Shown one piece after another: positions 47,065 through 56,513 of a stretch of DNA of 59,751 nucleotides. The position numbers were made by a program, and so were the translations under genes. Below the pieces are notes generated by a model. That model was not told the origin of the DNA. It was given only the letters and a program-made list of their open reading frames with translations, and did no database searches. Positions within the stretch are counted from its first letter, which is position 1, and each line of letters starts with the position of its first letter. Source of the DNA: Actinomycetota bacterium (GTDB lineage: Bacteria > Actinomycetota > Acidimicrobiia > IMCC26256 > JACDBD01); assembly GCA_046724655.1 (NCBI GenBank), contig JBKOWY010000112.1:1-59751 (forward strand). The letters are read 5' to 3'.

Positions 47065-49230
47065 TCAGCCTCTCCCTCGCCGAAAGAGAGCATCGACAGC
47101 AGGGCGGTACCAATCGCCGTCGTCCCGTGAGGAGAGCACGGCCTGGTCGTACTCAGCCTGGGGCGAGGCGCGGAACGCCGCGACCGCGTCGTCCAGGCGT
47201 CCGGCGTCGGCGAATGCGCCGATGTTGCGCAGCACGCTGCGCGTGACGTACTGGCATGACCATGCGACGGGGGTCCGGCACCGGGCGAGCTCCCGTCGGA
47301 CGATCGCGGGGTCGGGGTGGGCGGCGAGGCGCCGGCTGAGGCCAACCTCCGAGTTCGCGTCGACGAGGTCGGTGCGCACCCAGATGCCGCCTTCGAGTGG
47401 GTCGACGGCGGGGCAGCCCCGGGGGCCCCAGGCGCGCGTGGAGCCGTCGTCCCAGACCTTCTGGTACCGGGCGCGAAAGTCGGGCGACGTCCACCACATG
47501 GCGTAGATGCAGCTCCACTCGCTGTGGAGCTCGACAACATCGGGAGTCGCGTAGTGGTTCAGGTAGTCGACGACGACCTCCGGGCGCCCCGAATCGATGG
47601 CGCGGCGCCAGACCCGAGCGAACAGCGGATCGCCGAGGAAGCCGACGTCGGTGACATTGACGCGCTTCGGGATCGAGACCAATCCGAGGTCGGGGTTGGA
47701 GACCGACACGATCGGTAGGCCGGTCCGCGCCTTGAGCGTTGCCGCCTGCGCCAGCAGCGGATCGACCGTGGGTGACACGTCGCAGCACAGCACCTGGCGC
47801 TCCGCCCAGGTGCGATGGGCCGCGATCGCGCCACCGACTGCGCCGGCCACGAGCGCCGCCGCGGCAACGCATCGCGCGGTCGTGACAGCCCGCGGCGCCG
47901 ATCCCAACAGCACACGCGGCGGCTCCAGCCTGAGCGCGAACGCCGCCGCGAGACATACGAGCGGGACCAGCACGAATGTGACCACGCGCTCTTCCGCGAG
48001 ACGCGCGGGACCGAAGACGAGCAGGTGGCAGGCCCCGGTGACGACGAGCGTGATCAGGAGCGCCTCGATCACCCCGAGGCGCGGGCGCACGAGCAGGGCC
48101 AGACCGAGCACGAGCGGGACCCACCACCACAAGCCGAGCACGCGGGCCGAGTCGACGAGCGCGTCGATGCCCGGGAGGTTGTCGTCGGCGTGGGCGCGCC
48201 CGGCGAGGAGCGCCGCCCCCGCCACGCCGATCGCGGCCACCGCCCCGAAGAGCGGGCTGCGGGCCAAGGTCGCGAGGCGGGCCGAGCGTCGCCGAAGGAG
48301 GTGAAACGCCGCGTAGCCGGCGGGCAACAGCAGCGGCCACAGGACTTTGGCCCACGCCCGCACGTTGTCGGCGGGAGAGATTCCCTGCGCCTCGGCGGTG
48401 TTGGGGAACCAATCGCCGAAGTACCAGAGACGAACGGCGAAGACGGCGACCCAGATTCCGACGGCCGGCGCGATGAGGAGCCCGAGCAGGCGCCAGCGCT
48501 CCCCTGCCGGGCTCTTGAAGGCGAGTACGGCCCCCACGACGACCAGCAGCGGCAGGGCATGGAACGCGAACTCGACGCGAGTGAGCGCGAACGACGCGAC
48601 GACGACACCCGCGATGGAAAGCATCCGCGGGTGGCGAACGGCGAACGCGAGCGAGGCCATTGTCGCAGCCACCAACGCGTTCGTGATCGAGTTCTCCATG
48701 CCGGACGAGTGCCATCCGAAGAAGGAGTACGTCCCAAAGAGCGCAACCGCGACCGGAAGTGTGACCAGCGCGGTCGTAACAGGCTTGCGGCGCGGCACAG
48801 CGATCCGGAGGAGCGCGAAAACCGACACGCCGAGCAGCATCGTGGTGACGACGACCTGCGTGTCCAGGAACATTCGAAACCCGTCGCCGCCGAGCTCGTA
48901 GAAGGCGGCGGCCACCCCGAACTGGAGCGGCGTCGAATACCCTTCCACGCGTGAACCGGAGACGCTCACGCTGACCGTCCCGACGTCGGCCAGTCCGCGG
49001 GCGTGACTCAGCGTGACGAGGGCGTCGTCCCGATACCGGTAGGCGGGGCCGACCGCGGTGTCGTCGGGGTACACGTACGTGAACAGCACGTGGACGCCGA
49101 CCCATACGCCCGCCACGAACGCGCCGAGGAGCATGACGCGCACGGCCGGTGCCACCCTCGACGTTTTGGCGTCGCTGCGCCGGGTTATGGGCGGTGCAGC
49201 GACGCCAGAATCAGACAGCCCGTCACTCAA
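47065..49230 (-). CDS. Large polytopic membrane protein with C-terminal soluble domain (possible GT-C type transferase)
   Basis: 721 aa with about 12 hydrophobic segments in the first 470 aa, including a [10 protein letters not shown] loop, then a Cys/Trp-rich soluble domain. The start overlaps the response-regulator stop by 8 nt (the start may be at the internal M33). Confidence 0.55.
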   Translation of the reverse strand: MSDGLSDSGVAAPPITRRSDAKTSRVAPAVRVMLLGAFVAGVWVGVHVLFTYVYPDDTAVGPAYRYRDDALVTLSHARGLADVGTVSVSVSGSRVEGYSTPLQFGVAAAFYELGGDGFRMFLDTQVVVTTMLLGVSVFALLRIAVPRRKPVTTALVTLPVAVALFGTYSFFGWHSSGMENSITNALVAATMASLAFAVRHPRMLSIAGVVVASFALTRVEFAFHALPLLVVVGAVLAFKSPAGERWRLLGLLIAPAVGIWVAVFAVRLWYFGDWFPNTAEAQGISPADNVRAWAKVLWPLLLPAGYAAFHLLRRRSARLATLARSPLFGAVAAIGVAGAALLAGRAHADDNLPGIDALVDSARVLGLWWWVPLVLGLALLVRPRLGVIEALLITLVVTGACHLLVFGPARLAEERVVTFVLVPLVCLAAAFALRLEPPRVLLGSAPRAVTTARCVAAAALVAGAVGGAIAAHRTWAERQVLCCDVSPTVDPLLAQAATLKARTGLPIVSVSNPDLGLVSIPKRVNVTDVGFLGDPLFARVWRRAIDSGRPEVVVDYLNHYATPDVVELHSEWSCIYAMWWTSPDFRARYQKVWDDGSTRAWGPRGCPAVDPLEGGIWVRTDLVDANSEVGLSRRLAAHPDPAIVRRELARCRTPVAWSCQYVTRSVLRNIGAFADAGRLDDAVAAFRASPQAEYDQAVLSSRDDGDWYRPAVDALFRRGRG

Positions 49231-49894
49231 CGTCCAGAAGCTTCTCGCGCATCGCGTAGACGACCGCCTCCATGCGTGAGTGCAGATGCAGCTTCTCGAG
49301 AATGTTGCGCACGTGGTTCTTGACGGTGTTCTCCGAGATGTACAGCTCCTCGGAGATCTCCCGGTTGCTCAAGCCCTTCGCGACGAGCTTCAGCACGTCG
49401 AGCTCGCGCTCCGTGAGGCTCGGCAGCAACGAACGATGCCGTTCCTCCGCCTGCTGCACGAGGACGTTGAACTCGCTGAGGAGCTTGGACGCCATGGAAG
49501 GCGAGATCAAGCTGTGGCCTCGGGCGACGGCGCGGACGGCGTCGGCGAGCTCCTCGATGGAGATCTCCTTCAGGAGGTAGCCGCTCGCGCCCGCCTTCAC
49601 GGCTGCGTACAGGTCCTCCTCGTTCTCGGAGACCGTGAGCATGATCACCTTGGTGTCAGGCAGGCGCTCGCGGATGCGGCGTGTGGCCTCGATGCCGGTC
49701 GAACGCGGCATACGCACGTCCATGAGAACGACGTCGGGCGTCATCTCCTCGGCCCGGTGGACCGCTTCGATGCCGTCGGCAGCTTCGCCGACGACCTTGA
49801 TGTCCGGTTCTTCGGAGAGAACGAAATCGAGCCCGCGCCGCCAGAGCGCGTGGTCGTCGACGATGACGACCCGGATCGTCTCCCCGTCGCTCAT
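49223..49894 (-). CDS. NarL/LuxR-family two-component response regulator (no kinase gene nearby)
   Basis: 223 aa. Receiver domain (VVIVDDH...VVLMDVRMP...MLTV...KAGASGYLLK) plus LuxR HTH (LTERELDVLKLVAKGLSNREISEELYISENTVKNHV). Confidence 0.9.
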   Translation of the reverse strand: MSDGETIRVVIVDDHALWRRGLDFVLSEEPDIKVVGEAADGIEAVHRAEEMTPDVVLMDVRMPRSTGIEATRRIRERLPDTKVIMLTVSENEEDLYAAVKAGASGYLLKEISIEELADAVRAVARGHSLISPSMASKLLSEFNVLVQQAEERHRSLLPSLTERELDVLKLVAKGLSNREISEELYISENTVKNHVRNILEKLHLHSRMEAVVYAMREKLLDVE

Positions 49895-49913
49895 GCTCGT
49901 GCCCGTCCGGGCT

Positions 49914-50495
49914 TCACCCGCTCGTCTCGATCAGGCCGAGGTTGCCGTCTCGACGTCGGTAGATGACGGCGGCGTGGCCGTTCTCGGCGTTCGTGAAGAG
50001 AAAGAAGTCGTGCCCGAGCAGCTCCATCTGCAGCGCGGCTTCCTCCGGCCCCATCGGCTTCATCGTGAACCGCTTCGTCTTCACGATGCGGTCGGCGGGG
50101 AGGTCGTCGTCCTCGTTGTCGCCATCGGACGCGGCTTCTGGTGAGCGTGCCCCGCCCGCGTCCGTTGCGCCCCGTTGACGACGCCCTGCGTGCGATCGCG
50201 TGACGCGCTTCTCCTTGATTCGCGCGACCTGGTGCTCGACCTTGTCGATGACGAGGTCGAGGGCGGCGGCGGGTTCGCTGGCAGAGGCGTGTGCTTTCAC
50301 GAAGTTTCGTTTCAGGTGCACGATCACGTCGCACACCTGGTTGGCGGCGACGCGACGGTTGCGTAGCTCGGAGAAGTCAACCTCCACGCGTCCGGCGTCG
50401 TGGGTGAAGCGGGAGATCTTGGTGAGCTTCTCGCGGGCGAGCTTGCGAAGCCGGGGCGAGACGTCGACGTTCTTTCCTCGCACCACGATGTCCAT
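49914..50495 (-). CDS. hpf: Ribosome hibernation promoting factor, long form
   Basis: 193 aa. N-terminal S30AE/YfiA fold (MDIVVRGKNVDVSPRLR) and C-terminal dimerisation domain (KRFTMKPMGPEEAALQMELLGHDFFLF). Confidence 0.9.
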   Translation of the reverse strand: MDIVVRGKNVDVSPRLRKLAREKLTKISRFTHDAGRVEVDFSELRNRRVAANQVCDVIVHLKRNFVKAHASASEPAAALDLVIDKVEHQVARIKEKRVTRSHAGRRQRGATDAGGARSPEAASDGDNEDDDLPADRIVKTKRFTMKPMGPEEAALQMELLGHDFFLFTNAENGHAAVIYRRRDGNLGLIETSG

Positions 50496-51172
50496 CAGTG
50501 GCGGCCATCATACGCGGGCCGCGGCAGCACGGCTCGGGGAGAGACCCCGCCTGGCTGTGGTGTACGCGCCGCGGTTACGGCCACCACCCTCGCCGCGCCG
50601 TGGCGACGCAGCGCGTCGGCGGCGGCCGCGAGAGTGGCGCCTGTCGTCGCGACATCGTCGACGAGCAGCACGCGGGGCGGTACACGGGTGCGGCGGGTGT
50701 CGAAGCGCGGACCGACATGACGGGCGGCCGCGGGCTGACCGGTCTGCGGCGGACCCGGATGTCGACGAAGCGCGGGACGGGCGCGGAGGTCGAGCGTGCG
50801 GGCAATGGCACGCGCGAGGAGCTCGGCGTGGTCGAAGCCACGGGCATGGCGGCGTGAGGTCGTCGTTGGCGCCCAGGTGACGATGTCGGGGCGTGGGTCC
50901 TCGCCCGCGAGCGTGACGAGCGCGGCCATGCGCTCCGCCAGCCAGGGCACGGTCGCCCGCGTGCGCCAGTACTTGACTCGGGCGATCAGCTCCCGCGCCA
51001 CCCCCTCGTATGCGAACAGCGCAAGCCAGCGGTCGACGCCTCGCGGCGGTGGATGCGGAGGGGGCGACCGCAGCGTGCGCGCGCACGCCTCGCACACAGG
51101 CTCCGCCGGCCGGCCGCAGCCCGGACAGCGAGCCGGGAAGGCAGCTTCCACGAACGCACGCCACAAGTTCAC
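50495..51172 (-). CDS. ComF-family phosphoribosyltransferase-domain protein
   Basis: 225 aa. N-terminal CPGCG...CEAC zinc finger and the PRT motif VLLVDDVATTGATL. TGATG overlap with hpf. Confidence 0.8.
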   Translation of the reverse strand: MNLWRAFVEAAFPARCPGCGRPAEPVCEACARTLRSPPPHPPPRGVDRWLALFAYEGVARELIARVKYWRTRATVPWLAERMAALVTLAGEDPRPDIVTWAPTTTSRRHARGFDHAELLARAIARTLDLRARPALRRHPGPPQTGQPAAARHVGPRFDTRRTRVPPRVLLVDDVATTGATLAAAADALRRHGAARVVAVTAARTPQPGGVSPRAVLPRPAYDGRH

Positions 51173-51183
51173 GGCCGCGGACG

Positions 51184-52200
51184 CTACCGACGAGGTACGA
51201 CACCTACGTCGCGGAGTGCGTCGTCGAAGGGGGCGCGCAGCACCCCCTTCTCCGTGACGATCGCGGTAACAAGCCGTGCCGGTGTGACGTCGAACGCGCG
51301 GTTCGCCACCGAGACTCCCGGCGGAACGGTGCGCTCGCTCCCGACGACGACGACCTCGTCGACGGCGCGCTCCTCGACCGGGATGGCCGAGCCGTCGGGT
51401 GTGTCGAGGTCGATGGTCGAGGTCGGCGCGGCGACGATGAACGGGACGCCGTGTTCACGCGCGAGCACCGCGAGGGTATACGTGCCGATCTTATTGGCGA
51501 CGTCGCCGTTGGCGGCGATCCGGTCGGCGCCGACGACGACGAGGTCCACGTCCCCCGATGCCATCAGCGATCCTGCCATTGCGTCTGCGATCACGGTGAC
51601 CGGGATGCCGAGTCGGTCGAGCTCCCAGGCGGTCAGGCGCGCGCCCTGCAGCACCGGTCGGGTCTCGCCGACCCAGACGCGCGGCCGCCTCCCGGCCTCG
51701 TGCGCGGCGCGGACGACGCCGAGCGCGGTGCCGTAGCCGACGGTCGCCAGCGATCCGGCGTTGCAGTGCGTGAGAACGCGGGCTTCGTCGGGCACGAGCT
51801 CGGCGCCGAGCACGCCGAGGGCACGGTTTGCTGCCACGTCGGCGGCGGCGATGCGCTCCGCCTCGGCGAGCGCGGCTTCCGCGCCGCCGCGCTCCCACGC
51901 GTCCATCGCTCGACCCACGCCCCACGCGAGGTTGACCGCCGTCGGCCTCGTGCCGGCGAGGCGGCGCGCCGCCGCCCGCACTTCGTCATCGGTGCCGAGC
52001 GTGCGCGCCGCCAGCGCGACACCGAACGCGCCGGTGGCGCCGAGCGCCGGCGCGCCCCGCACGGCCATCGAACCGATCGCGTCGCAGAGCTCGGCGACCG
52101 TCGCGCAGTCGACGAACCGGAGCTCGCCCGGCAACGCCCGCTGGTCGATCAGCCGCACCCTCCACCGCCGCCACTCGACGGTAGGCGGGATCGGGTCCAC
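51184..52200 (-). CDS. mtnA: S-methyl-5-thioribose-1-phosphate isomerase
   Basis: 338 aa with [65 protein letters not shown] start. Confidence 0.88.
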   Translation of the reverse strand: MDPIPPTVEWRRWRVRLIDQRALPGELRFVDCATVAELCDAIGSMAVRGAPALGATGAFGVALAARTLGTDDEVRAAARRLAGTRPTAVNLAWGVGRAMDAWERGGAEAALAEAERIAAADVAANRALGVLGAELVPDEARVLTHCNAGSLATVGYGTALGVVRAAHEAGRRPRVWVGETRPVLQGARLTAWELDRLGIPVTVIADAMAGSLMASGDVDLVVVGADRIAANGDVANKIGTYTLAVLAREHGVPFIVAAPTSTIDLDTPDGSAIPVEERAVDEVVVVGSERTVPPGVSVANRAFDVTPARLVTAIVTEKGVLRAPFDDALRDVGVVPRR

Positions 52201-52207
52201 TCGATCA

Positions 52208-52254
52208 TTTTGGCGTCGCTGAACCGGCTATATCCCGGAGCAGCGACGCCAAAA
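52208..52254 (-). terminator. Perfect 14-bp stem hairpin between ahcY and mtnA
   Basis: TTTTGGCGTCGCTG (52208-21) and CAGCGACGCCAAAA (52241-54). The 19-nt loop contains an inner CCGG/CCGG pair. It starts 3 nt after the ahcY stop and ends 7 nt before the mtnA GTG. Confidence 0.5.
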
Positions 52255-52257
52255 CTT

Positions 52258-53706
52258 TCAGTACCGGTAGTGGTCGGACTTGTACGGGCCCTCGACCGGG
52301 ATGCCCAGGTAGGTCGACTGCTCTTCGGTGAGCCTGGTGAGCTTCGCTCCGAGCTTGTCGAGGTGCAGGCGCGCCACCTCCTCGTCCAGGTGCTTGGGCA
52401 GCGTGTACACCCGACGCTCGTAGAAGTCGTGGTGGCCGTACAGCTCCATCTGGGCGATGACCTGGTTCGTAAAGCTGTTCGACATCACGAAGCTCGGATG
52501 CCCGGTCGCGTTCCCGAGGTTCAGCAGCCGCCCTTCGGACAGCACGATGATCGCGTGGCCGTCGGGGAACACCCACTCGTCGACCTGCGGCTTGATGTTC
52601 ACGCGCTTGATCCCGGGGGCGGCGGCGAGTCCGGCCATGTCGATCTCGTCGTCGAAGTGGCCGATGTTCCCAACGATCGCGTTGTGCTTCATCCGCGACA
52701 TGTGGTCGACCGTGATGACCCTCGTGTCGCCGGTGGCGGTGATGAAGATGTCGGCTGTCGCGACGACGTCTTCGACGGTCACGACCTCGTGGCCCTCCAT
52801 GGCCGCCTGCAGCGCGCAAATGGGATCGATCTCGGTGATCACGACGCGGGCGCCCTGGCCGCGCAGTGCCTGAGCGGAGCCTTTGCCGACGTCCCCGTAG
52901 CCGCAGACGACCGCGAGTTTGCCGGCGAGCATCACGTCGGTCGCGCGGCAGATCCCGTCCACCAGTGAGTGCCGGACCCCGTAGAGGTTGTCGAACTTCG
53001 ACTTCGTCACCGAGTCGTTCACGTTGATGGCCGGGAACAGCAGGGTGCCGCCCTCCATCATCTGATAGAGGCGATGGACACCGGTGGTCGTCTCCTCGGT
53101 CACGCCCCTGACCTGTTCTGCGATGCGGTGCCAGCGCCGGTTGTCTTCGGCTTGGACACGGGCAAGCAGCGCGAGGACGACCTTCCACTCCTGCGAGTCG
53201 GCGTCGCCCGGCTCGGGCACGCTGCCAGCGCGTTCGTACTCGACACCTTTGTGCACGAGCAGTGTGGCGTCACCGCCGTCGTCGAGGATCATGTTGGGCC
53301 CGTCGCCGTTGGGCCAGCGGAGCGCCTGATCGGTGCACCACCAGTACTCCTCGAGCGTCTCGCCCTTCCACGCGAACACAGGAACTCCTCGGGCGGCGAT
53401 CGCAGCCGCCGCGTGGTCCTGGGTCGAGAAGATGTTGCACGACGCCCAGCGCACCTGTGCGCCGAGCTCGAGCAGGGTTTCGATGAGCACCGCGGTCTGG
53501 ATCGTCATGTGCAACGACCCGGTGATCTTCGCCCCGCGCAGCGGCTTCTCGGCGCCGTACCTGTTGCGCAGCACCATGAGGCCGGGCATCTCGTGCTCGG
53601 CCAGGTCGATCTCCTTGCGACCGAAGTCGGCCAGCGAGAGATCGGCGACCTTGAAGTCGGGGGCGCCGGAGTCGGCGTCCGCCGGCCTGTCCGTGGTCGT
53701 GGTCAT
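52258..53706 (-). CDS. ahcY: Adenosylhomocysteinase
   Basis: From ATG 53706 (GAGGAG RBS): [27 protein letters not shown]...GYGDVGKG...[10 protein letters not shown]...SDHYRY. Confidence 0.95.
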   Translation of the reverse strand: MTTTTDRPADADSGAPDFKVADLSLADFGRKEIDLAEHEMPGLMVLRNRYGAEKPLRGAKITGSLHMTIQTAVLIETLLELGAQVRWASCNIFSTQDHAAAAIAARGVPVFAWKGETLEEYWWCTDQALRWPNGDGPNMILDDGGDATLLVHKGVEYERAGSVPEPGDADSQEWKVVLALLARVQAEDNRRWHRIAEQVRGVTEETTTGVHRLYQMMEGGTLLFPAINVNDSVTKSKFDNLYGVRHSLVDGICRATDVMLAGKLAVVCGYGDVGKGSAQALRGQGARVVITEIDPICALQAAMEGHEVVTVEDVVATADIFITATGDTRVITVDHMSRMKHNAIVGNIGHFDDEIDMAGLAAAPGIKRVNIKPQVDEWVFPDGHAIIVLSEGRLLNLGNATGHPSFVMSNSFTNQVIAQMELYGHHDFYERRVYTLPKHLDEEVARLHLDKLGAKLTRLTEEQSTYLGIPVEGPYKSDHYRY

Positions 53707-53823
53707 CGGGACTCCTCGTGTCGGGCGCGCACGAACGCGCACGGGATTTCAGGGAGTCGGCCCAGATCACTGGATGACAGCCGCAGACGGCCCGACCGAC
53801 TCACAGAATACCGCGGCACGGCC

Positions 53824-54870
53824 TCACACGCCCCGCGCCAGGGCGTCCTTGAGCTGGACGATGGCGTCGATCGGGCCGGGGTCCACGTCGTGGTCGAGCG
53901 CCAGATAGCAGCTGGCCCAGTCGCCCGTGTACATGAGGTCGAGGAGTTGGGCGAGCCTCCCCTCGCCGGCGGCGCGCACCTCGAGCACCTGGACCAGCGT
54001 CTCTTCGATGAGACCGCGAGTGAGGGCGAAGCGCCGGTCGAGCTCCTCGTGCTCGAAGTCGTGGCGCAGCTCGACCAGCGTGAAGACCTGACGTGTGACG
54101 TCGCCGTGCTGACCCCAACCACAGATCTCGTTGTGGTCCAGCTCGGGATAGGCGTTCCAGAACGCGGGCGCTTTGGCGTTCTCGTTCACGTCTGACTTCC
54201 ACCGCAGCGCCGCGACGGCCCCGAGCGCCCCGCCGCCGTAGAAGATCGGAATCGTCGTCCCGATCTTGCGTGCGATCTCGCGCGCCGGGTTGGCGGGCGC
54301 GGGGACCTCGGGGCGGCACTTGTCCCGTCGCGCCGTCAGTTGGTGCTGCGCCTGGTCGAGCCAGACGCTCCCATCCGGCAGCAGTCCGATCCGCTCGAGG
54401 CCCACGATCAGAGGTGCAACGAGCGCGCCGAGCGCGGCGCGTGGGAGATACCCGCCGGGACATTCGACGTGCAGGCTCCCTCGTGAACGCACCAACTCCG
54501 ACAGAGCCCCGCCGTGACTGACAGCGACGACGCGCGCGCCGGCGTCAAGGGCGCCGGTTGCCATCTGCAGGGTCTCGTCGGTGTCACCGGAGTACGACAC
54601 CGCGAACACGAGCGTGCGCGGCCCGATGAAGTGTGGTGTCCGCAGCTGCTTCAGTACGACGACAGGCACCGGCAACGTCGCGTTGCCGGCAGCGGCGAGA
54701 GCGTCACCCGCGATCCCCGAGCCGCCCATGCCGAGCACGACGATGTTGTCGATCTCTTCGGCCGTCGGGAGCGACGCCTCGTCCAGCGCGTCGCGCGCGC
54801 TCTTGTGCGCGTCGGCGAGTTGCTCTGGCAACCCGCCGACGGCTTCGAGGAACCTCAGCGAGTCGGGCAC
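53824..54870 (-). CDS. SIS-domain bifunctional phosphoglucose/phosphomannose isomerase-like protein
   Basis: 348 aa with VVLGMGGSGIAGD, AVSYSGDTDET, and C-terminal WNAYPELDHNE. Confidence 0.82.
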   Translation of the reverse strand: MPDSLRFLEAVGGLPEQLADAHKSARDALDEASLPTAEEIDNIVVLGMGGSGIAGDALAAAGNATLPVPVVVLKQLRTPHFIGPRTLVFAVSYSGDTDETLQMATGALDAGARVVAVSHGGALSELVRSRGSLHVECPGGYLPRAALGALVAPLIVGLERIGLLPDGSVWLDQAQHQLTARRDKCRPEVPAPANPAREIARKIGTTIPIFYGGGALGAVAALRWKSDVNENAKAPAFWNAYPELDHNEICGWGQHGDVTRQVFTLVELRHDFEHEELDRRFALTRGLIEETLVQVLEVRAAGEGRLAQLLDLMYTGDWASCYLALDHDVDPGPIDAIVQLKDALARGV

Positions 54871-54873
54871 GGA

Positions 54874-55110
54874 CTACGCCTCGAACGTCGGTTTGATGCC
54901 TTCGCGCTCGGCCTTCTGCAGGAGGCGATCGTGCTCGGCGTCATCGACACTCTCGGCTTCGTCGATGAGCATGATGGGGATGTCGTCCCGGACGGCGTAG
55001 CGCCGCTTGAGGCGCGGGTTGTACAGAGCGCTCTCGTCCTCGAAATACAGCAGGGGGCCCTTGTCCTCGGGGCAGGCGAGGATCTCGAGCAGCTTGGGGT
55101 CCAGGGCCAC
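54874..55110 (-). CDS. Trm112-family small protein
   Basis: 78 aa with LLEILACPEDKGPL...YAVRDDIPIMLIDEA. AGGAGG RBS, GTG start. Confidence 0.85.
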   Translation of the reverse strand: MALDPKLLEILACPEDKGPLLYFEDESALYNPRLKRRYAVRDDIPIMLIDEAESVDDAEHDRLLQKAEREGIKPTFEA

Positions 55111-55163
55111 GGGGCCTCCTTTGGGCTTCTCGTCGCTCGCGTTGCCGCGGGCAGGCGGTGAAC

Positions 55164-56513
55164 CTATTCCCCGCGGATCAGCGCGAGCACCTCGGCCGTG
55201 TGCTTCTCACACGAGGGGGCGTCCGGGGCCTCCAGGTTTAGTCGCAGCAACGGCTCGGTGTTGCTCGGGCGCAGGTTGAACCACCAGTCGCCGAGGTCGA
55301 CGGTCAAGCCGTCGAGTCGATCCTGGTGAGCATCGGAGTAGGCGGCGGCGACACGCTCGATGACGGCCTGGGGGTCGTCGACGCGCGTGTTGATTTCGCC
55401 CGACTGCACGTAGCGCTCGAACGGACGACGCAGCTCGGAGAGCGGCTTGTTGGCCCGCGACAGCTGCTCGAGCATCATCAGACCGGCGATGACGCCGGAG
55501 TCGGCCCGGAAGTTGTCGCGGAAGTAGAAGTGCGCCGAGTGCTCGCCGCCGAAGATGGCGCCGGTCTCGGCCATGACCTGCTTGATGAACGAGTGACCGA
55601 CCCGCGAGCGCACGGGCGTGCCGCCCATCTCGCGGATGACCTCGGGCACGGCCTTGGAGCAGATGAGGTTGTACACGATCGTCTCGCCGGGGTGTTTCTC
55701 GAGGATCGCCTTGGCGAGCATGGCGGTGGTGATCGAGCCGGAGACCGGCTGCGCCTGGTCGTCGACGAGGACCATGCGGTCGGCGTCCCCGTCGAATGCC
55801 AGCCCGACCTCGGCGCCGGAGTCGAGGATCGCGCGCTGGAGGTCCTTGAGGTTCTCGGGCTGGGTCGGGTCGGCGGGATGGTTGGGGAACGTGCCGTCGA
55901 GCTCGGGAAACAGGATCGACAACTCGAACGGCAGGTCGGCGAAGACCGCAGGGACGACCACCCCGCCCATCCCGTTGGCGGTGTCGGCCACGACGCGCAA
56001 CGGACGCAAGGCGTCCATGTCCACAAAGGAATGGACGTGGTGCACGTAGTCGGGCAGGAGGTCGCGCTGCTCGACGCGGCCCCGCTCTTCGGCCCGTTCG
56101 AGCAAACCGCTCGCGACCATCGCCTTGATGTCGTTCAAGCCCGTGTCCTGACCGACCGGCGCGGCGCCGGGGCGACACAGCTTGATGCCGTTGTACTGCG
56201 CCGGGTTGTGGCTGGCCGTGAACATCGCCGCGGGAGCGTCGAGCTTCCCTGACGCGAAGTAGACGAGGTCGGTGGAGATGAGCCCGAGCTCCACCACGTC
56301 GGCGCCGGCCAGGGTGGCGCCGTCGGCGAAGGCGGCGGCGAGCGGCTCCGAAGACGGGCGCATGTCGCGTCCGACGAGCACGACCGCCGGCTGCGTGAAG
56401 GCCACGAAGGCGTTGCCGACCCGGCGAGCGATGTCGTCGTTCAGCTCGTCCGGATAGACGCCGCGGATGTCGTACGCCTTGAAGATCGTGTCGAGGCGCT
56501 GGTCGTCGCTCAC
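55164..56513 (-). CDS. manB: Phosphomannomutase/phosphoglucomutase
   Basis: 449 aa with FTASHNPAQYNGIK (phosphoserine loop), GLAFDGDADR, GGEHSAHFYF. GTGA overlap with the upstream gene. Confidence 0.9.
   Translation of the reverse strand: MSDDQRLDTIFKAYDIRGVYPDELNDDIARRVGNAFVAFTQPAVVLVGRDMRPSSEPLAAAFADGATLAGADVVELGLISTDLVYFASGKLDAPAAMFTASHNPAQYNGIKLCRPGAAPVGQDTGLNDIKAMVASGLLERAEERGRVEQRDLLPDYVHHVHSFVDMDALRPLRVVADTANGMGGVVVPAVFADLPFELSILFPELDGTFPNHPADPTQPENLKDLQRAILDSGAEVGLAFDGDADRMVLVDDQAQPVSGSITTAMLAKAILEKHPGETIVYNLICSKAVPEVIREMGGTPVRSRVGHSFIKQVMAETGAIFGGEHSAHFYFRDNFRADSGVIAGLMMLEQLSRANKPLSELRRPFERYVQSGEINTRVDDPQAVIERVAAAYSDAHQDRLDGLTVDLGDWWFNLRPSNTEPLLRLNLEAPDAPSCEKHTAEVLALIRGE

Noticed and set aside
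47037-47540. N-terminal extensions of secA (to 47540), the coxL-like gene (to 21169), the M50 protease (to 22845), smpB (from 20733), ahcY (to 53742) and tsaC (to 17043).
   Set aside because: The extensions overlap neighbouring genes or read through repeat copies (the recurring KPELATAT-type peptides are just translated repeat). Canonical N-termini with RBSs lie at internal starts.
53707-53823. SAH riboswitch upstream of ahcY.
   Set aside because: I looked for the conserved SAH-riboswitch blocks from memory and did not find them. The region is reported only as an unexplained structured leader.
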